The notes under the pieces were generated by a model that was not told the DNA's origin, did not search any database, and worked only from the letters and a program-made list of their open reading frames with translations. Below are positions 40,535-49,385 of a stretch of DNA of 64,000 bases, in pieces. This DNA is from Octopus sinensis. Taxonomy: Eukaryota. Position numbers and translations under genes: made by a program. The stretch spans positions 27,527,360-27,591,359 of the forward strand of contig NC_043019.1 in assembly GCF_006345805.1 (NCBI RefSeq). The letters are read 5' to 3'. Each line of letters starts with the position of its first letter. Positions within the stretch are counted from its first letter, which is position 1.

Positions 40535-42778
40535 TTGTGTGTCTGTATTTGTCCCCCTAGCATTGCTTGACAACCGATGCTGGTGTGTTTACGTCCCCCG
40601 TCACTTAGCGGTTCGGCAAAAGAGACCGATAGAATAAGTACTGGGCTTACAAAGAATAAGTCCCGGGGTCGATTTGCTCAACTAAAGGCGGTGCTCCAGC
40701 ATGGCCGCAGTCAAATGACTGAAACAAGTAAAAGAGTAAAAGAATAAAAGAGTAATCAAAACGAGACGGTTCTAAAATGACGTCAACCCCCTCCTGAATC
40801 TGAGAATGCACTGAAGTAAAAATGCAAAACTCAGAAGCATAAATTCTTTGAAATGGCACCAGAATATGTGCTGCCAGGCGTACGACAACGCGAGTAAATT
40901 CGTGATTGCTCAAAAATGAAACGACACAAAATAAATAAACTCGTTTGAGTGCTAAAATTAAAAGTTAGTTTCGACTGAGTATACTCGTCTGGTTCTAAAA
41001 AGATTCATTTACGATGCACGAGTAAACTCTGGATAATCCATTAAAGGATTAATGATGATGACGGGTGTGATGATGATGATGATGATGAATGCAGTGTTGA
41101 TGATTATGATTGTGGTGGTGATGATGATGATTATGATTGTGGTGGTGGTGATGATGATGATGATGATGAATGCAGTGTTGATGATTATGATTGTGGTGGT
41201 GGTGATTGCAATGATGATGGTGATGAAAGTGACAATGGTGGCTCTAATAATGGTAGTTCTTCTCTCTCTCTCTCTCTCAATTCTTCTTCCTTCCAGTTTG
41301 TCTGGTATGCTGATTATGGTGGATATGATTTTGAATGTACAGAAAACCTGAAGCCCCTTCCGGAAGAATTTTGGGATCTTCCCTATCAGTCTGTTACATG
41401 TAAATTAAACAGTAAGTAATTTTTTCCCCCCCTTTTATTCTTGTTTTATATGTTTGCACAGGCATGGCTGTGTGGTAAGAAGCTTCCTTCCCGAAAGGGA
41501 GCACCTTTAGCCTGTACACAGGATCCTGAATGGCCTCAACAGATAGCTGTGGAGGTCATAACGTTGTCCGTGATGAATAGGCTGAAGGGACTCAAAGAGG
41601 AATATCGCTTGTACCCAGGCGACGCCGACACGGCACCCACTTTGTTCTTGAATGAGGCATGGGTGATGGCGGAGTATGCGGGCACAAGCGATGTTGAGGA
41701 GGAATAGTGATAAGAGGTTGAAAACCCTCAGTGTTATTGAAAGTTCCAAGGTTGGAAAGAAAGGTAAGAGGCTTAGCGCCTCATTTTGTTATTGAATTTT
41801 CTTATTGAATATTGTGAATAGTGTAGAGGTTTGTTGCCTCATGAACAATATACAAGAGATCATTGTTCTTGGGAAAAATCAATCGGCAGGCGTCCTTTTT
41901 TCCCCCATTAATCATCATTTTCATTTCATATAACATTACGTCTATGTCCAGCCCACAGCTTCCTTTCTCTGTGTAAGGCCTTATGGCCAATATAATGAAA
42001 TAAAGAAGCTTCCTTCTCAACCACATGGTTCTGGGTTCAGTCCCACTATGTGTCACCTTGGCAGTCCCACTGCATGTAACCTTGAGCAGACCAAAGCCTT
42101 GTGAGTGGATCTGGTAGATGGAAACTGAAAGAAGCCCATTGTATACATATTATAGATATATATATATAAACATATATATATATATGTATATTTATGTGTG
42201 CCCCCACCATCGCTTTTCAACCGATGTTGGTGTGTTTACGTCCCTGTAACTTAGCGTTTTGGCAAAAGTGACTGATAGGATATGTATTAGGCTTACAAAG
42301 AATAAGTCCTGGGGTTAATTTCTTTGATTAAAGGTGTTGCTCCAGCATGGGTGAAACAAGTAAAAGAACAAAAGAATGGCTAGAAGCATTGATGGGTAAG
42401 ATGGTGGTGGTGATAAAGTAAAACGCAGCCTAGCAGTCTTGACCACTGGTCAGCTAACAGTCTTGTTCACTCATTGCCCTCTCTGATTCTTCAATCTTCA
42501 CTCACTCATAATGTTTTTAATCTCTTCTTTCAGATTTTATTCCAAAGAGGGGCGATACGTGGTCAGAAGCAGCAAAATATAAGTTTTTGGAATTGGCCAA
42601 CAACAAGTGCTTCGCTTGCATTGTCAAAGACACATCGACGGCAACAGACTCTGGATCAGCATCAGTGCCAGGGACGGAGAGTGCGATTCCTGTTGTGTTG
42701 ATCGATACCTGTGGGGAAGAAGACGTCTGCATTGATGAGGTCTTGCTTGCCTTCGGCTATGGCCAGTATAAGTCGTAG
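1468..42778 (+). CDS. TDRD7: TDRD7-like multi-Tudor protein gene, 3' part (16 coding exons; about 794 aa in window; 5' end upstream of window)
   Basis: Exon chain 1468-1505, 2837-2948, 4328-4438, 5523-5663, 8106-8187, 9773-9907, 13159-13248, 22113-22213, 25282-25431, 27841-27936, 30882-30994, 33955-34621, 37049-37126, 39543-39653, 41297-41411, 42534-42778. All junctions are GT-AG with compatible phases. Motifs PLMLP..VIIRIVGENYS, LAGLE..VLYDTMGEDDININ and LPYQSVT..WSEAA..VVLIDT match human TDRD7 as I recall it (PLMIP..VVIRYVGKDYS; LAGLE..VLYDTSGEDDININ; LPFQAVT..WSEEA..VYLVDT). Orthology is unverified by search. Confidence 0.8.
2228..2625 (-). mobile_element. SINE family B, two copies
   Basis: Same consensus as 58-500 and 12338-12750. 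Confidence 0.75.
2837..2948 (+). CDS. TDRD7: Tudor gene exon (SVLNVYVSFIYSAAQFYVHYETSCIQEIDAELNLHCQ)
   Basis: ttgcag acceptor, gtaagt donor; N-terminal strands of extended Tudor A. Confidence 0.85.
3020..3560 (-). mobile_element. SINE family A copies (composite)
   Basis: Reverse complement of the family A head and tail (cagtcattggactgcggccatgctgg..). Confidence 0.7.
4328..4438 (+). CDS. TDRD7: Tudor gene exon, Tudor A core (GGFCVAQYSDNDAWYRASILDID)
   Basis: tttccag acceptor, GT donor at 4439, phase 0-0; canonical Tudor motif CxAxY..WYRA. Confidence 0.9.
5523..5663 (+). CDS. TDRD7: Tudor gene exon, Tudor A (EVYYVDYGNTE..YPAQAILCAL)
   Basis: tttacag acceptor, gtagga donor, phase 0-0; VDYGN and PxQAxxC motifs. 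Confidence 0.92.
6365..6509. mobile_element. Mariner-derived MITE
   Basis: Imperfect TIR ttaggttgtcccaaaagttcgt / acaaacttttgggacaaccttata with TA flanks; resembles the mariner TTAGGTTG terminus. Confidence 0.7.
7092..7400 (-). mobile_element. CR1/L2-type LINE 3' end
   Basis: Antisense of KHFFTLRVAEAWNKLPASVV..SFK RT C-terminal tail; copies at 11945-12245 and 47655-47958. Confidence 0.7.
7515..7965 (-). mobile_element. Family C retroposon (RTE-tail-like, (GAT)n 3' end)
   Basis: catcatc..ttccatgctggcatgggtt..ctggatgccc..aatgccaaccact consensus; at least 15 copies in the window. Confidence 0.7.
8106..8187 (+). CDS. TDRD7: Tudor gene exon (EETDFEASKQEFGALAQDQLQAKTVLI)
   Basis: Pyrimidine tract plus cag acceptor, gtaaat donor; phase 0 to 1 fits its neighbours. 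Confidence 0.75.
8715..9038 (-). mobile_element. tRNA-derived SINE
   Basis: Minus strand begins gcatggctcagtggttagagcatcgagc..gagttcgaatccc (A and B boxes), followed by gtgttcttgagcaagacactttatttc. Confidence 0.75.
9075..9375 (+). mobile_element. Family C retroposon
   Basis: Ends ccaacccatgccagcgtggaaagcggatgttaaacgatgatgatgat. Confidence 0.7.
9773..9907 (+). CDS. TDRD7: Tudor gene exon (DNKVCHVILINPESPSKLSINDILVNSKLA..)
   Basis: ctctttag acceptor, gtaaat donor, phase 1-1; SINxxLVxxxLA is the typical C-terminal helix of an extended Tudor domain. Confidence 0.85.
10110..10881 (-). mobile_element. Degenerate mariner transposon, 5' part with transposase N-terminus
   Basis: TIR tacgaatgtcagctgaaaagttc at 10881; translation GIIKYL..DMVATLENDAPALSTLQK.AAEFKRG.ESLEEDSRS matches the mariner HTH region (STVxKWxAEFKRGRxSLEDDPRSGRP). 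Confidence 0.8.
11945..12245 (-). mobile_element. CR1/L2-type LINE 3' end (degenerate)
   Basis: Homologous to 7092-7400. Confidence 0.6.
12338..12750 (+). mobile_element. SINE family B with tandem internal duplication (about 185 bp)
   Basis: tatttcgtctgtcgttacgttacgagttcgaattccgccgaggtcgac occurs twice, near 12386 and 12571. Confidence 0.85.
13159..13248 (+). CDS. TDRD7: Probable linker exon (ENGVCSPTSPPPSPSPPTLCVDSVRDEKFA)
   Basis: gtttccag acceptor; phase-1 donor at 13249 or an alternative at 13255; Pro/Ser-rich with no domain motif, so support is weaker. Confidence 0.55.
13974..14392. repeat. 108-bp tandem repeat, about 4 copies
   Basis: ccttcctcattttaag recurs at 13974, 14083, 14191 and 14299. 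Confidence 0.9.
14795..15060 (+). mobile_element. tRNA-derived SINE (related copy at 20375-20640)
   Basis: tRNA-like head, then gtgttcttgagcaa and cacctgacacgtggtacaccgtgcacctg..ggagggagtgagctaa, shared with 20375-20640. Confidence 0.65.
15122..15562 (+). mobile_element. SINE family A, full length with internal (TA)n
   Basis: Head ggctgtgtggt..ggttccgggttcagtccc, internal microsatellite, tail gcggtgctccagcatggccgcagtcaaatgactgaaac. Confidence 0.88.
15930..16149. mobile_element. piggyBac-type MITE (family D)
   Basis: TTAA flanks, termini cctttt/ccctttagcatt..aatgctaaaggg; copies at about 11078-11290, 17862-18085, 21470-21673, 28124-28345, 35145-35364 and 47098-47316. Confidence 0.8.
16848..17115 (-). 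mobile_element. Family C retroposon
   Basis: catcatc..gtttaacgtccg..catgctggcat consensus. Confidence 0.7.
18325..18392. repeat. 15-bp tandem repeat (cttgagccagtctgt), about 4.5 copies
   Basis: Directly visible. Confidence 0.9.
18625..18785 (-). mobile_element. SINE 3' part with core gatggactggcgtcccgtccag
   Basis: Shares ctgtactcttt..ccacaactttctctcact with the SINEs at 49695 and 55556 but has a different tail. Confidence 0.6.
19371..19506. repeat. Near-perfect palindrome centred on (TA)n
   Basis: aggttattaatatcactatgcttaagtaaaatatataatacatat.. mirrored at 19441-19506. Confidence 0.9.
19545..19678. repeat. Foldback/MITE-like element, 53-bp arms (2 mismatches), 28-bp spacer
   Basis: Arms 19545-19597 and 19626-19678. 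Confidence 0.9.
21470..21673. mobile_element. piggyBac-type MITE (family D)
   Basis: ttaa|ccctttg..aaaggg|ttaa. Confidence 0.75.
22113..22213 (+). CDS. TDRD7: Tudor gene exon (APLMLPADRFWDVYVCFLSSTTDVIIRIVGENYS)
   Basis: ttttgcag acceptor, gtgagt donor, phase 1 to 0; resembles the recalled human TDRD7 segment PPLMIP..SNTNEVVIRYVGKDYS. Confidence 0.88.
22545..23930. repeat. About 1.4-kb compound minisatellite [GTGTATTGTATATGTAAT(AT)n]
   Basis: Dozens of copies of a conserved 18-mer with a variable (AT)n spacer. Confidence 0.95.
24334..24545. mobile_element. TTAA-type MITE (family E)
   Basis: ttaa|ccctttcgttacc..; reverse-complement homolog at 29639-29911 with both TTAA flanks. Confidence 0.7.
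24565..24935 (-). mobile_element. Family C retroposon
   Basis: Consensus match; includes a 206-bp segment nearly identical to the reverse complement of 28811-29016. Confidence 0.75.
24995..25036 (+). ncRNA. Degenerate minimal hammerhead-ribozyme-like motif (Penelope-type terminus)
   Basis: cac-CTGAAGA-t-ggctg..cagct-GAAA-C-GTA-gtg: core, stem II, palindromic stem III and a 3-bp stem I. Confidence 0.45.
25282..25431 (+). CDS. TDRD7: Tudor gene exon, Tudor B core (EGDICAAEVEGFYHRVKV)
   Basis: ctctag acceptor, gtaagt donor, phase 0-0. Confidence 0.9.
25645..26010 (+). mobile_element. SINE family A
   Basis: Consensus match; inverted family A copy at 26305-26645. Confidence 0.75.
26305..26645 (-). 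mobile_element. SINE family A
   Basis: Reverse-complement consensus match. Confidence 0.7.
27841..27936 (+). CDS. TDRD7: Tudor gene exon (VECLFLDHGDSDRLVLNQLRVLDSTLNYLPYQ)
   Basis: cctcttag acceptor, gtgaga donor, phase 0-0; FLDHG and LPYQ motifs. Confidence 0.9.
28660..29150 (+). mobile_element. Family C retroposon with internal duplication
   Basis: gtggttggcattaggaagggcatccagccttagaaaccatgccagag occurs twice, near 28698 and 28993. Confidence 0.75.
29639..29911. mobile_element. TTAA-type MITE (family E) carrying a 48-bp family C 3' fragment
   Basis: ttaa|cccttttgttacc..aaaggg|ttaa; insert at about 29838-29885. Confidence 0.8.
30882..30994 (+). CDS. TDRD7: Tudor gene exon (AIPCVLAGLEQYSCNIGAIDKLMEMALGKTCVAEAVT)
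   Basis: tttgcag acceptor, gtaaac donor, phase 0 to 2. Confidence 0.9.
32135..32490 (-). mobile_element. Family C retroposon
   Basis: Consensus match. Confidence 0.7.
32935..33118 (+). mobile_element. (TA)n-associated short repeat with hammerhead-like motif (second copy 59485-59655, minus strand)
   Basis: Two diverged copies; motif tcttt-CTGTCGA-a-gagc-ntag-gctc-GAAAC-rTA-aaaga. Confidence 0.6.
33188..33273 (-). ncRNA. Hammerhead-like motif with long stem II (Penelope-type)
   Basis: Minus strand gcag-CTGAAGA..GAAAC-gatc-ATA-ctgc; 4-bp stem I and near-palindromic stem III. Confidence 0.4.
33691..33852. repeat. Inverted repeat, about 55-60 bp arms, embedded in (TA)n
   Basis: taaattagaaaaaaacaccttttatcaattcaaaatgaacaatt..acaccatcta mirrored at 33794-33852. 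Confidence 0.88.
33955..34621 (+). CDS. TDRD7: Large exon: end of Tudor B (VLYDTMGEDDININ), Ser/Thr/Pro-rich linker, start of Tudor C (YIADPSNFH)
   Basis: gtccag acceptor, gtaagt donor, phase 2 to 0; lies within ORF 33947-34693. Confidence 0.92.
34680..35078 (-). mobile_element. SINE family A
   Basis: Reverse-complement consensus with internal (TA)/(CA). Confidence 0.75.
35600..36120 (-). mobile_element. Two degenerate RTE-like LINE C-terminal fragments
   Basis: Minus strand agatggttggataatgtcca (RWLDNV) occurs twice, then gaccctatggagg; resembles the RTE GRPxxRWxDxI..DRxxWR region. Confidence 0.4.
36400..37000. repeat. CT-rich low-complexity tract with an internal duplication of about 100 bp
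   Basis: cctcctcctctacctctctgcccatctcttcgcttcctccttccaccgccactgttatctctgtccat near 36547 and 36726. Confidence 0.85.
37049..37126 (+). CDS. TDRD7: Tudor gene exon (IIPFDFLAERDNFTARLTDKMKATSP)
   Basis: cttccag acceptor, gtcagt donor, phase 0-0. Confidence 0.8.
37375..37635 (+). mobile_element. Family C retroposon
   Basis: Consensus match ending in (GAT)n. Confidence 0.8.
37675..38032 (-). mobile_element. SINE family A (interrupted)
   Basis: Reverse-complement consensus; the internal microsatellite hosts a fragment of the 32935-33118 repeat. Confidence 0.7.
38615..38864. repeat. Near-perfect long palindrome: 120-bp arms, 10-nt loop
   Basis: Arms 38615-38734 and 38745-38864; one mismatch seen. 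Confidence 0.95.
38890..39300 (+). mobile_element. Family C retroposon with internal tandem subrepeats
   Basis: gtgattgttgccag subrepeat x4, then consensus 3' end. Confidence 0.75.
39543..39653 (+). CDS. TDRD7: Tudor gene exon, Tudor C core (HPYVSNVDDAWYRVIP)
   Basis: gtttcag acceptor, gtaagt donor, phase 0-0; WYRV motif. Confidence 0.88.
39749..41048 (-). mobile_element. Internally deleted piggyBac element with nested SINE A (40341-40750)
   Basis: TTAA at 39745-39748 and 41049-41052; TIR ccccttaatggat / atccattaaagga; acidic ORF 40301-40095 (MEEDLDIFSDHE..) resembles the disordered piggyBac transposase N-terminus. Confidence 0.7.
40341..40750 (+). mobile_element. SINE family A, near-consensus full length
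   Basis: Full head, (TA)/(TG) centre and tail. Confidence 0.9.
41052..41250. repeat. Compound (GAT)n/(GGT)n microsatellite
   Basis: Directly visible. Confidence 0.9.
41297..41411 (+). CDS. TDRD7: Tudor gene exon (FVWYADYGG..LKPLPEEFWDLPYQSVTCKLN)
   Basis: cttccag acceptor, gtaagt donor, phase 0 to 1. Confidence 0.92.
42534..42778 (+). CDS. TDRD7: Terminal coding exon (..GDTWSEAAKYKFLEL..VVLIDTCGEEDVCIDEVLLAFGYGQYKS*)
   Basis: ctttcag acceptor, phase 1, TAG stop at 42776-42778. Confidence 0.9.
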
Positions 42779-45700
42779 CGAGGTGTTTGCTACCAGGATG
42801 GGGTTTGTCGGAGAGCAGACTTGCTGTAGTAGTAGGAGTTGTTGTTGATGACGACGATGATGATGATGATTATAGTGACAACAGTGAGATAGCTACTATT
42901 ACCATCACCACCATCACTACCATTGCATCAATCAGTTAACTGCTGTTAATACACTATCAGTTTGTATAACAAATATTTTTGTGGTAATGTTCTATATGTA
43001 AAAGCCCATGTGCACATATGTAAGAATATATATATATATATATATATATTCTTTAAGGTGGTGCCCCAGCATGACCGCAGTCTAATGACTGAAACAAGTA
43101 AAAGGTAAAATGTGTGTGTGTGTAGACAAGTATATATGTGTATATAGATGTTTGTGTGTAACATAGATATCCATATCTATGTCTCTCTCTCATATGTATA
43201 ATTGTGTGCATGTGTATATGTGTGTGTAAATACTGTGTGTGTGTGATTCTGTAAGTGTGTGTGGATGGAGGTGTGTATCTATGTGGTTGTGTGAGTGTGT
43301 ATATATTTGTGAGTTCAGATAAGTACGTGTGTTATACAGGAGAAGAATCACCTGATGTTTTGGGGGCTGTCCCACACCTGCCTCATCTGGAAAAGAAAAG
43401 CCATTTTCACAACATGTCCATATATGTACCTGTGCACATATATGTATGCCTATATATGTATGCGAAGCGAGGGTGTACGGCTTAGTGGTTAGAATGTTGG
43501 AGTAAGATTGTGGTTTCAATTCCTGGACCAGGTGATGTGTGGTGTTCTTGAGCAAGACACTTCATTTTACATTGCTCCAGTCCACTCAGCTGGCAAAAGT
43601 GAATAATCCTGCAACAAGCTTGAATCCTGTCTTGTGTGGAGTATATATTCCACAGAATCTGGGAAACCGGCTCTCAGTCTATGACTTAGGGAAGGAACTA
43701 TATATATATATATATATATATATATTGGTAATTTGTGAGGGATATCTTCAAACGTTTACCAGTTTGCTCGCAGTTAGGTATTCAAAATAAGTTATTCAAC
43801 GGTTATATAAACCCAGTAATAATTCTCATGTGATAAGAATTTAGAGATATATTCCGTTGGATTATTCTGAATATATTACCTTTGGTTTCATACATACACA
43901 CATATATATATGTGTGTGTGTCTGTATGTGAAACCAAAGATACACCTCTGCTATGTATATATATACACACACACACAATCCTGCTTTTATTTCTGTTGTT
44001 TGTTTGTTCTTGGCAGTGGTGGTGGTGTTTTGATGGTGGTATTATGTATGTGGTGTAGAAGAGATGAGAAAATCCAAAAGACAACTCTAAAAAATTCTAT
44101 AAAGGAAGGTAACCTTATGAAAAAAAAAAAAACTTTTTTTTTTGTATAAATTGAATTAAAAATGACTTTTACTTTTTTTTAATGTATTTTTTTTAAATGT
44201 CTGTTTTTAATGTTTTTTGTTTTTGTTATTTTTTTTTAAAAAAAGAACACTGAAACAGAGCATTTCATGTTACCTTTAGGAATAATTTTTTAAAAATTAC
44301 CATTATTTTATTACAAGTATTATTATTATTATTATATGAAGTTTGATGTAGCTCTTCATGAAGGTGATATACACAGTAAGAAGACTGCAATGCAATATGT
44401 AAATGAGAGATACGTATGTACCTTGTTTATTTGAACTGAACAGTATTTCAACAGTATGTCTGTCTGTTCGTCTTCAGGTTCAAACCTACTGTCAAAATAT
44501 TGCATAGTTCAGTAAGCAGAAAGTCAATCTGTATTTTATTCCATATTGTGTATTATTATTATTATTATTATTATTTTCATTTAGGTAGTGGGCTGGCACA
44601 ATTGTTAGCATGCTGGGTGAAATGCTACTAGCATTTCTTCTGGTTTTACATTCTGAGTTCAAATTCTGCTGAGGTTTATTTTGCCTCTCATCTTTTCGGG
44701 GTGGGGGTCAATAAACTGTAAAGTAACAATTTGAGCACTGGAGGGGGGGTCGATGTAATTGATTGGCTCCCCACCTCCCCTCAAGTTTCAGCATATTGTC
44801 GTAACGGCATTGAATTGGTGGAATCATAGTCTGATGAAATACCTTGTGATGTTTGTTGTCAGTCTGTTACATTCCGAGTTCAAATCCTGCTGAGGTTGAT
44901 GTTACCAAATACCCACCACTAATTTTTCTTAAGGGCAGTGGAGGGCTGGTGATACTCGCTTCTCCCTCCCATTGGTGAAATAATTCCTATTACTATGGGT
45001 GCAGGACCTGAAATCTTAGGGGATGGGGTGAGTTAAACTACATTGACCACAGAGTTCAACTACTAATCTTGTTATCCACCCCAAAAGGACGAAAGTCAAT
45101 AGATAACCATGGCAGAATTTGAACTCCGAATGTGAAGCTAGAAAAAATGCCCTGGCGTGCTACCAATTCTGCCAGCTCACCGCCTTTGACGAAATAATTG
45201 TTTTAAATTTTCAGCACTAGGCCTGTAGATTTGAAGGAAGGAGTGAGTCAATTACATTGACCCCAGTACTTGACTGGTACTTTTTTTATTGACCCCAAAA
45301 GGATGAAAGGCAGAATTTGGAATCTGAATACAAAACCCGGAAGAAATGCTGCCAAGGACTTTATCTGGTGCAGTAACAATTCTGCTGGTTCACCATCTTT
45401 GGTGAAATAATGCAAACAGAATTGAAACTGGGGATTCACCCAAACCCCACATTTTGTATTCTGGTATATTCCTATTTATTAAATTAAATACATTGTTTGG
45501 CTAAATTAAACTTGAACAGTGAGAACATTCTTCGTATTTCAAAGTACCACATATGCTGGTGTATAAGACCTGATTGTTTTAATTCTTAAATATAACAAAA
45601 AAAAAATTGCCATAAATCTAATGTGACTGTATTATAGATGGGATATAGTGTTTGAATGTATATAAATTTATAAATTTCTTTTTTCTATTAAAAAAGATGG

Positions 45701-46518
45701 GGTTTGTCTTGTGTGTGTGTGTATGTGTGTCTTATACACCAGCAAATAAATATAGCAAGTGAATCCTGCTGAAACTGTGAGTGTTGAAAAAAAACTTGGA
45801 TTTATTTTCTCGGATTTATTAACTCCTGCCCTCTCTCTCTTTCATTTATTGTTGTTTGCAGGTTTCACTCACCTTTAAAGTATCGTCAGCTGTTTCTTCT
45901 TTGAAACAGCTGTTGACAACAAAATTTCTAGACTGATGATGATGATGATACAAGTAACATATTTTATTGAATTTCCTGACATCTTTTGTAGTTTGAGTTT
46001 AATTTCCACCCCCATCCCCCACTCCTGTCCCAAGTTGGTTTTGCTTTTTTCCATCCTGAGAATCAAAAAAATATATAAATACTAGTCAACCACTGGGGTT
46101 CAGTACTAATCAACTATACCTCCTACCTTCCAAATTTTTATGGCCTTATGCCAACCATAAGAAATAATTTTATATTTTCAGTTTATTTTTCACATATATA
46201 CACATGTATGTATATATATATATATATACATACACATATATATATACACACACACTTATAAACACGTATATTTATAAATATATACACACATACATGCATA
46301 CATATAAATATACATATGTATATTATATAAAATATTTTCAACCAGATAACAAAATATTGTATAATAATATATAATCTAAAAAATGTTCAAAATAAAAATA
46401 CAAAAAAACTATTGTAAAGATTTCTAAGACCTGTATCTGTGAGTATGTTTTTCTTTCCTTTTAGTTTTATTTCTGTTGATATGTCTCTTCCATTTGTTGC
46501 AATTATTGTTGATATTGT

Positions 46519-46850
46519 TGTGGCTGTGTGGTAAGAAGTTTGCTTCCCATGCACATGGTCCCAGGTTCAGTCCCACTGCGGGGTCTTGTGGGGAAAGAGT
46601 CTTCTACTCTAGCTTCAGGCAGACTAAAGCCTTCAGAGTAGAATTGGTTGACAGAAACTGAAAGAAGTCCGTGTGTGTGATTGTCTCTCAGGACCAATAT
46701 TACACCCTTTGTTGGTTTGTTTACATCTCCATAACTTAGCAGTTCTGAAAAAGATACTGATAGAATAAGCATCAGGCTTTCAAAAATACCTGGGTCAATC
46801 CATTTAACTAAAACCCTTCAAGGTGGTGCCCCAGCATGGCCATAGTCCAT
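46519..46850 (+). mobile_element. SINE family A (diverged)
   Basis: Consensus match. Confidence 0.7.
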
Positions 46851-47654
46851 TACAACAGAACAGTTGTATAACAGAATGGTAAACATACCATTTTACAATC
46901 AGCTCATTCAGTTTCCTCGTCTTTGAGTAATTTGATAAGTTTTTCACTTTCATTCTCTCTGTATTTGAAACCAAATCATCTGGCCTTGGTATTGATCATT
47001 TGTTATTGCAAAACCAAAGTAACCGTTGCCAGTTCAGCTCAACTATGAAAATATGACAAGCTTACTTTCGAAACTTGATTTTTGAGTAATTGTTTAACCC
47101 TTTGGTATTTAAACAGGCCATATCCGGCCAAAGTATTTAATCTGTTTTATGTTCAAACTGACCAGATCCAGGCCCTCACACCTACCCTACAATGTTATTC
47201 TACATTAAGTAATTACACCATCAAGATCTTGAAGATATGAGATAATGCATGATTAATTCAAATCAATGGGAATCAATAAGCATTATGTTTGATTGAATAA
47301 TCTGAACACTAAAGGGTTAAAGCAATCTGAATATATCTGATTTTGATTAGAAGACTAAGATTCGCCCACTGTCTATATGGCACGTATCCCAGTTTGACTG
47401 AAAAAAAATTTCACATGCGAGAAGCCAGCAGCTTGCAGATTGTGTTTTATGTTTTGAAAGTAAGCTACTCGTGTGTGAATGAACACGAGATTCATTGACC
47501 AGTAGGAGTGGAGAAACTTAGGCAAATATTTTCTGCTATAGCCTCATGTCGACTCGGGCTCTGTGACAGTAAACAGAAAACCATGTAAAATTTAAGATAC
47601 ATATAAATCTGTGTGTGTGTGTACCAGTGTAAGAAAACAAAGTAAGAAAACAGC

Positions 47655-47958
47655 ACAGCTCCCATGACTTCAGGAAACATTTTTTCACGCTGAGAGTTGC
47701 TGAAGCATGGAACAAACTGCCGGCATCGGTTGTTAGTTGTCAGAGCACTGCATCCTTCAAAACTTCCATGCTTCCTGAGATTCGCCAACACTACACTTGA
47801 TTTTCTCCCCTCCATACACACACAAGCATGTATCTGACTCATACACTGTTCACTTTCCAGACATTTGTACATTACTGCATGTACTTTATATGCACTTTCT
47901 GACAAGTTGTGGTGCACCTGAGCACTGTATACAATAATTTCGTTATTATATTATTATT
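47655..47958 (+). mobile_element. CR1/L2-type LINE 3' end
   Basis: Translates HDFRKHFFTLRVAEAWNKLPASVVSCQSTASFKTS; ends in a (TAT)n-like tail. Confidence 0.8.
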
Positions 47959-48415
47959 AAAACATTGAATTTAATTGAAGTCTGTAGAAGGGAAATAACT
48001 TAGTCCTTCCTTTACTGACTTGAAGATTACAAGCTTACCTGTGAGATTGCCAAAGGCTATGAGAGAGATTTGAAGAATGGAATAGTGTTGAATCTTTATT
48101 GCTTAATTTTGTCCAGTTCAAGTTTATTTATGGGAAAAGGATAATTTGAATTGGAAGATAAAGCAATGAACCAGTGTAAGCAATATATATAATAGATACA
48201 AATGTGTACATATATATAACAAAAGTGAGTGTATGTATATATGACAGATTCATATAATGAAATAGATCAACAAAGAGGCAAAATTTGGATGTAAATACCA
48301 GTTTGTGACTGAAATGACACAATCATGTGACACTTCTGCTTGTTAAGCAAGAGATGCCAGTTTCAATTCTCATCACTGAGTTTGTTCATTTCAAATTCCA
48401 AATTAATGAATGTTT

Positions 48416-48453
<38 letters not shown>

Positions 48454-48721
48454 AGTAGTGGTTTAATAATGTATGCAAGTTTAGAAATATTCCATGTTCA
48501 TTCTATATACATAAACATATAAACCATGATGTGTACTCAATGCAATATATACATTTCTACAGAACTCTTTTGTGAAGCTTGTGTGTTTTTAGTTGTGAGG
48601 GTTCCAGCTTCTGGACACAGTCTGGAATTTAGACACATATTGTGTCTGTTAGCCAGGTCATGTAAATTTGAAATAATAGGTACCATGAGGTGGTGGTGGA
48701 GGAACGGCACAGTATTATCTT

Positions 48722-48928
48722 TTCTACTTTAGGCACAAGGCCTGAAAATTTGGCGGTGGGGGTAGTCAATTAGATCGATCCCAGTACGCAACTGGTACTT
48801 AATTTATCGACCCTGAAAGGATGAAAGGCAAAGTCCACCAGAGTGGAATTTAAACTCAGAACATAAAGGCAGATGAAATACCGCTAAGTATTTCGCCTGA
48901 CGTGCCAACGTTTCTGCCAGCTCACCTC
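48722..48928 (-). mobile_element. SINE family B
   Basis: Consensus match. Confidence 0.8.
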
Positions 48929-49385
48929 TTAATGGTACTGTACAATGAAGAATAAGCATTGTGTTAACTTACAGTGCTGAGTTCAGATCGATGTTGGTTG
49001 GTGAGGGTTCTTGGCTACAATTGAATACTATTAGTTGATTAAAAAATAAACAAAATTCACATAACTTGCATGCATATCAATTATGATGGGGCTATACTGA
49101 AAATAAAAACCTAAGGATAGAAACAAAACCCACATTACCAGTGGAGCTTTTTGTGAAAGACTCCAAAAGTTTTTTTGTGAAAGACTCCAAAAGTTATTGA
49201 AGGGATTCCAAGAATGCTGCAATGCTGTTGCCCCTTTGGACCTGTCCCCAAGACACCCCAGCAAACCTCATTATATATTGTCAGCCTGTGTTTCTTTACT
49301 CTTCACAATCATCTTACTGCTAACCTTGGCCTCACTCTTCCTCTGTAGCAACCCACACAACCCAACACACCTGTCCACTAGATGT

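Noticed and set aside
41052-41351. Met/Val-rich 99-aa ORF
   Set aside because: (GAT)n/(GGT)n microsatellite; the real exon (41297-41411) is in another frame.
41441-41707. 88-aa ORF just after the exon at 41297-41411
   Set aside because: Starts in a SINE A head fragment; no acceptor or domain similarity I can support.
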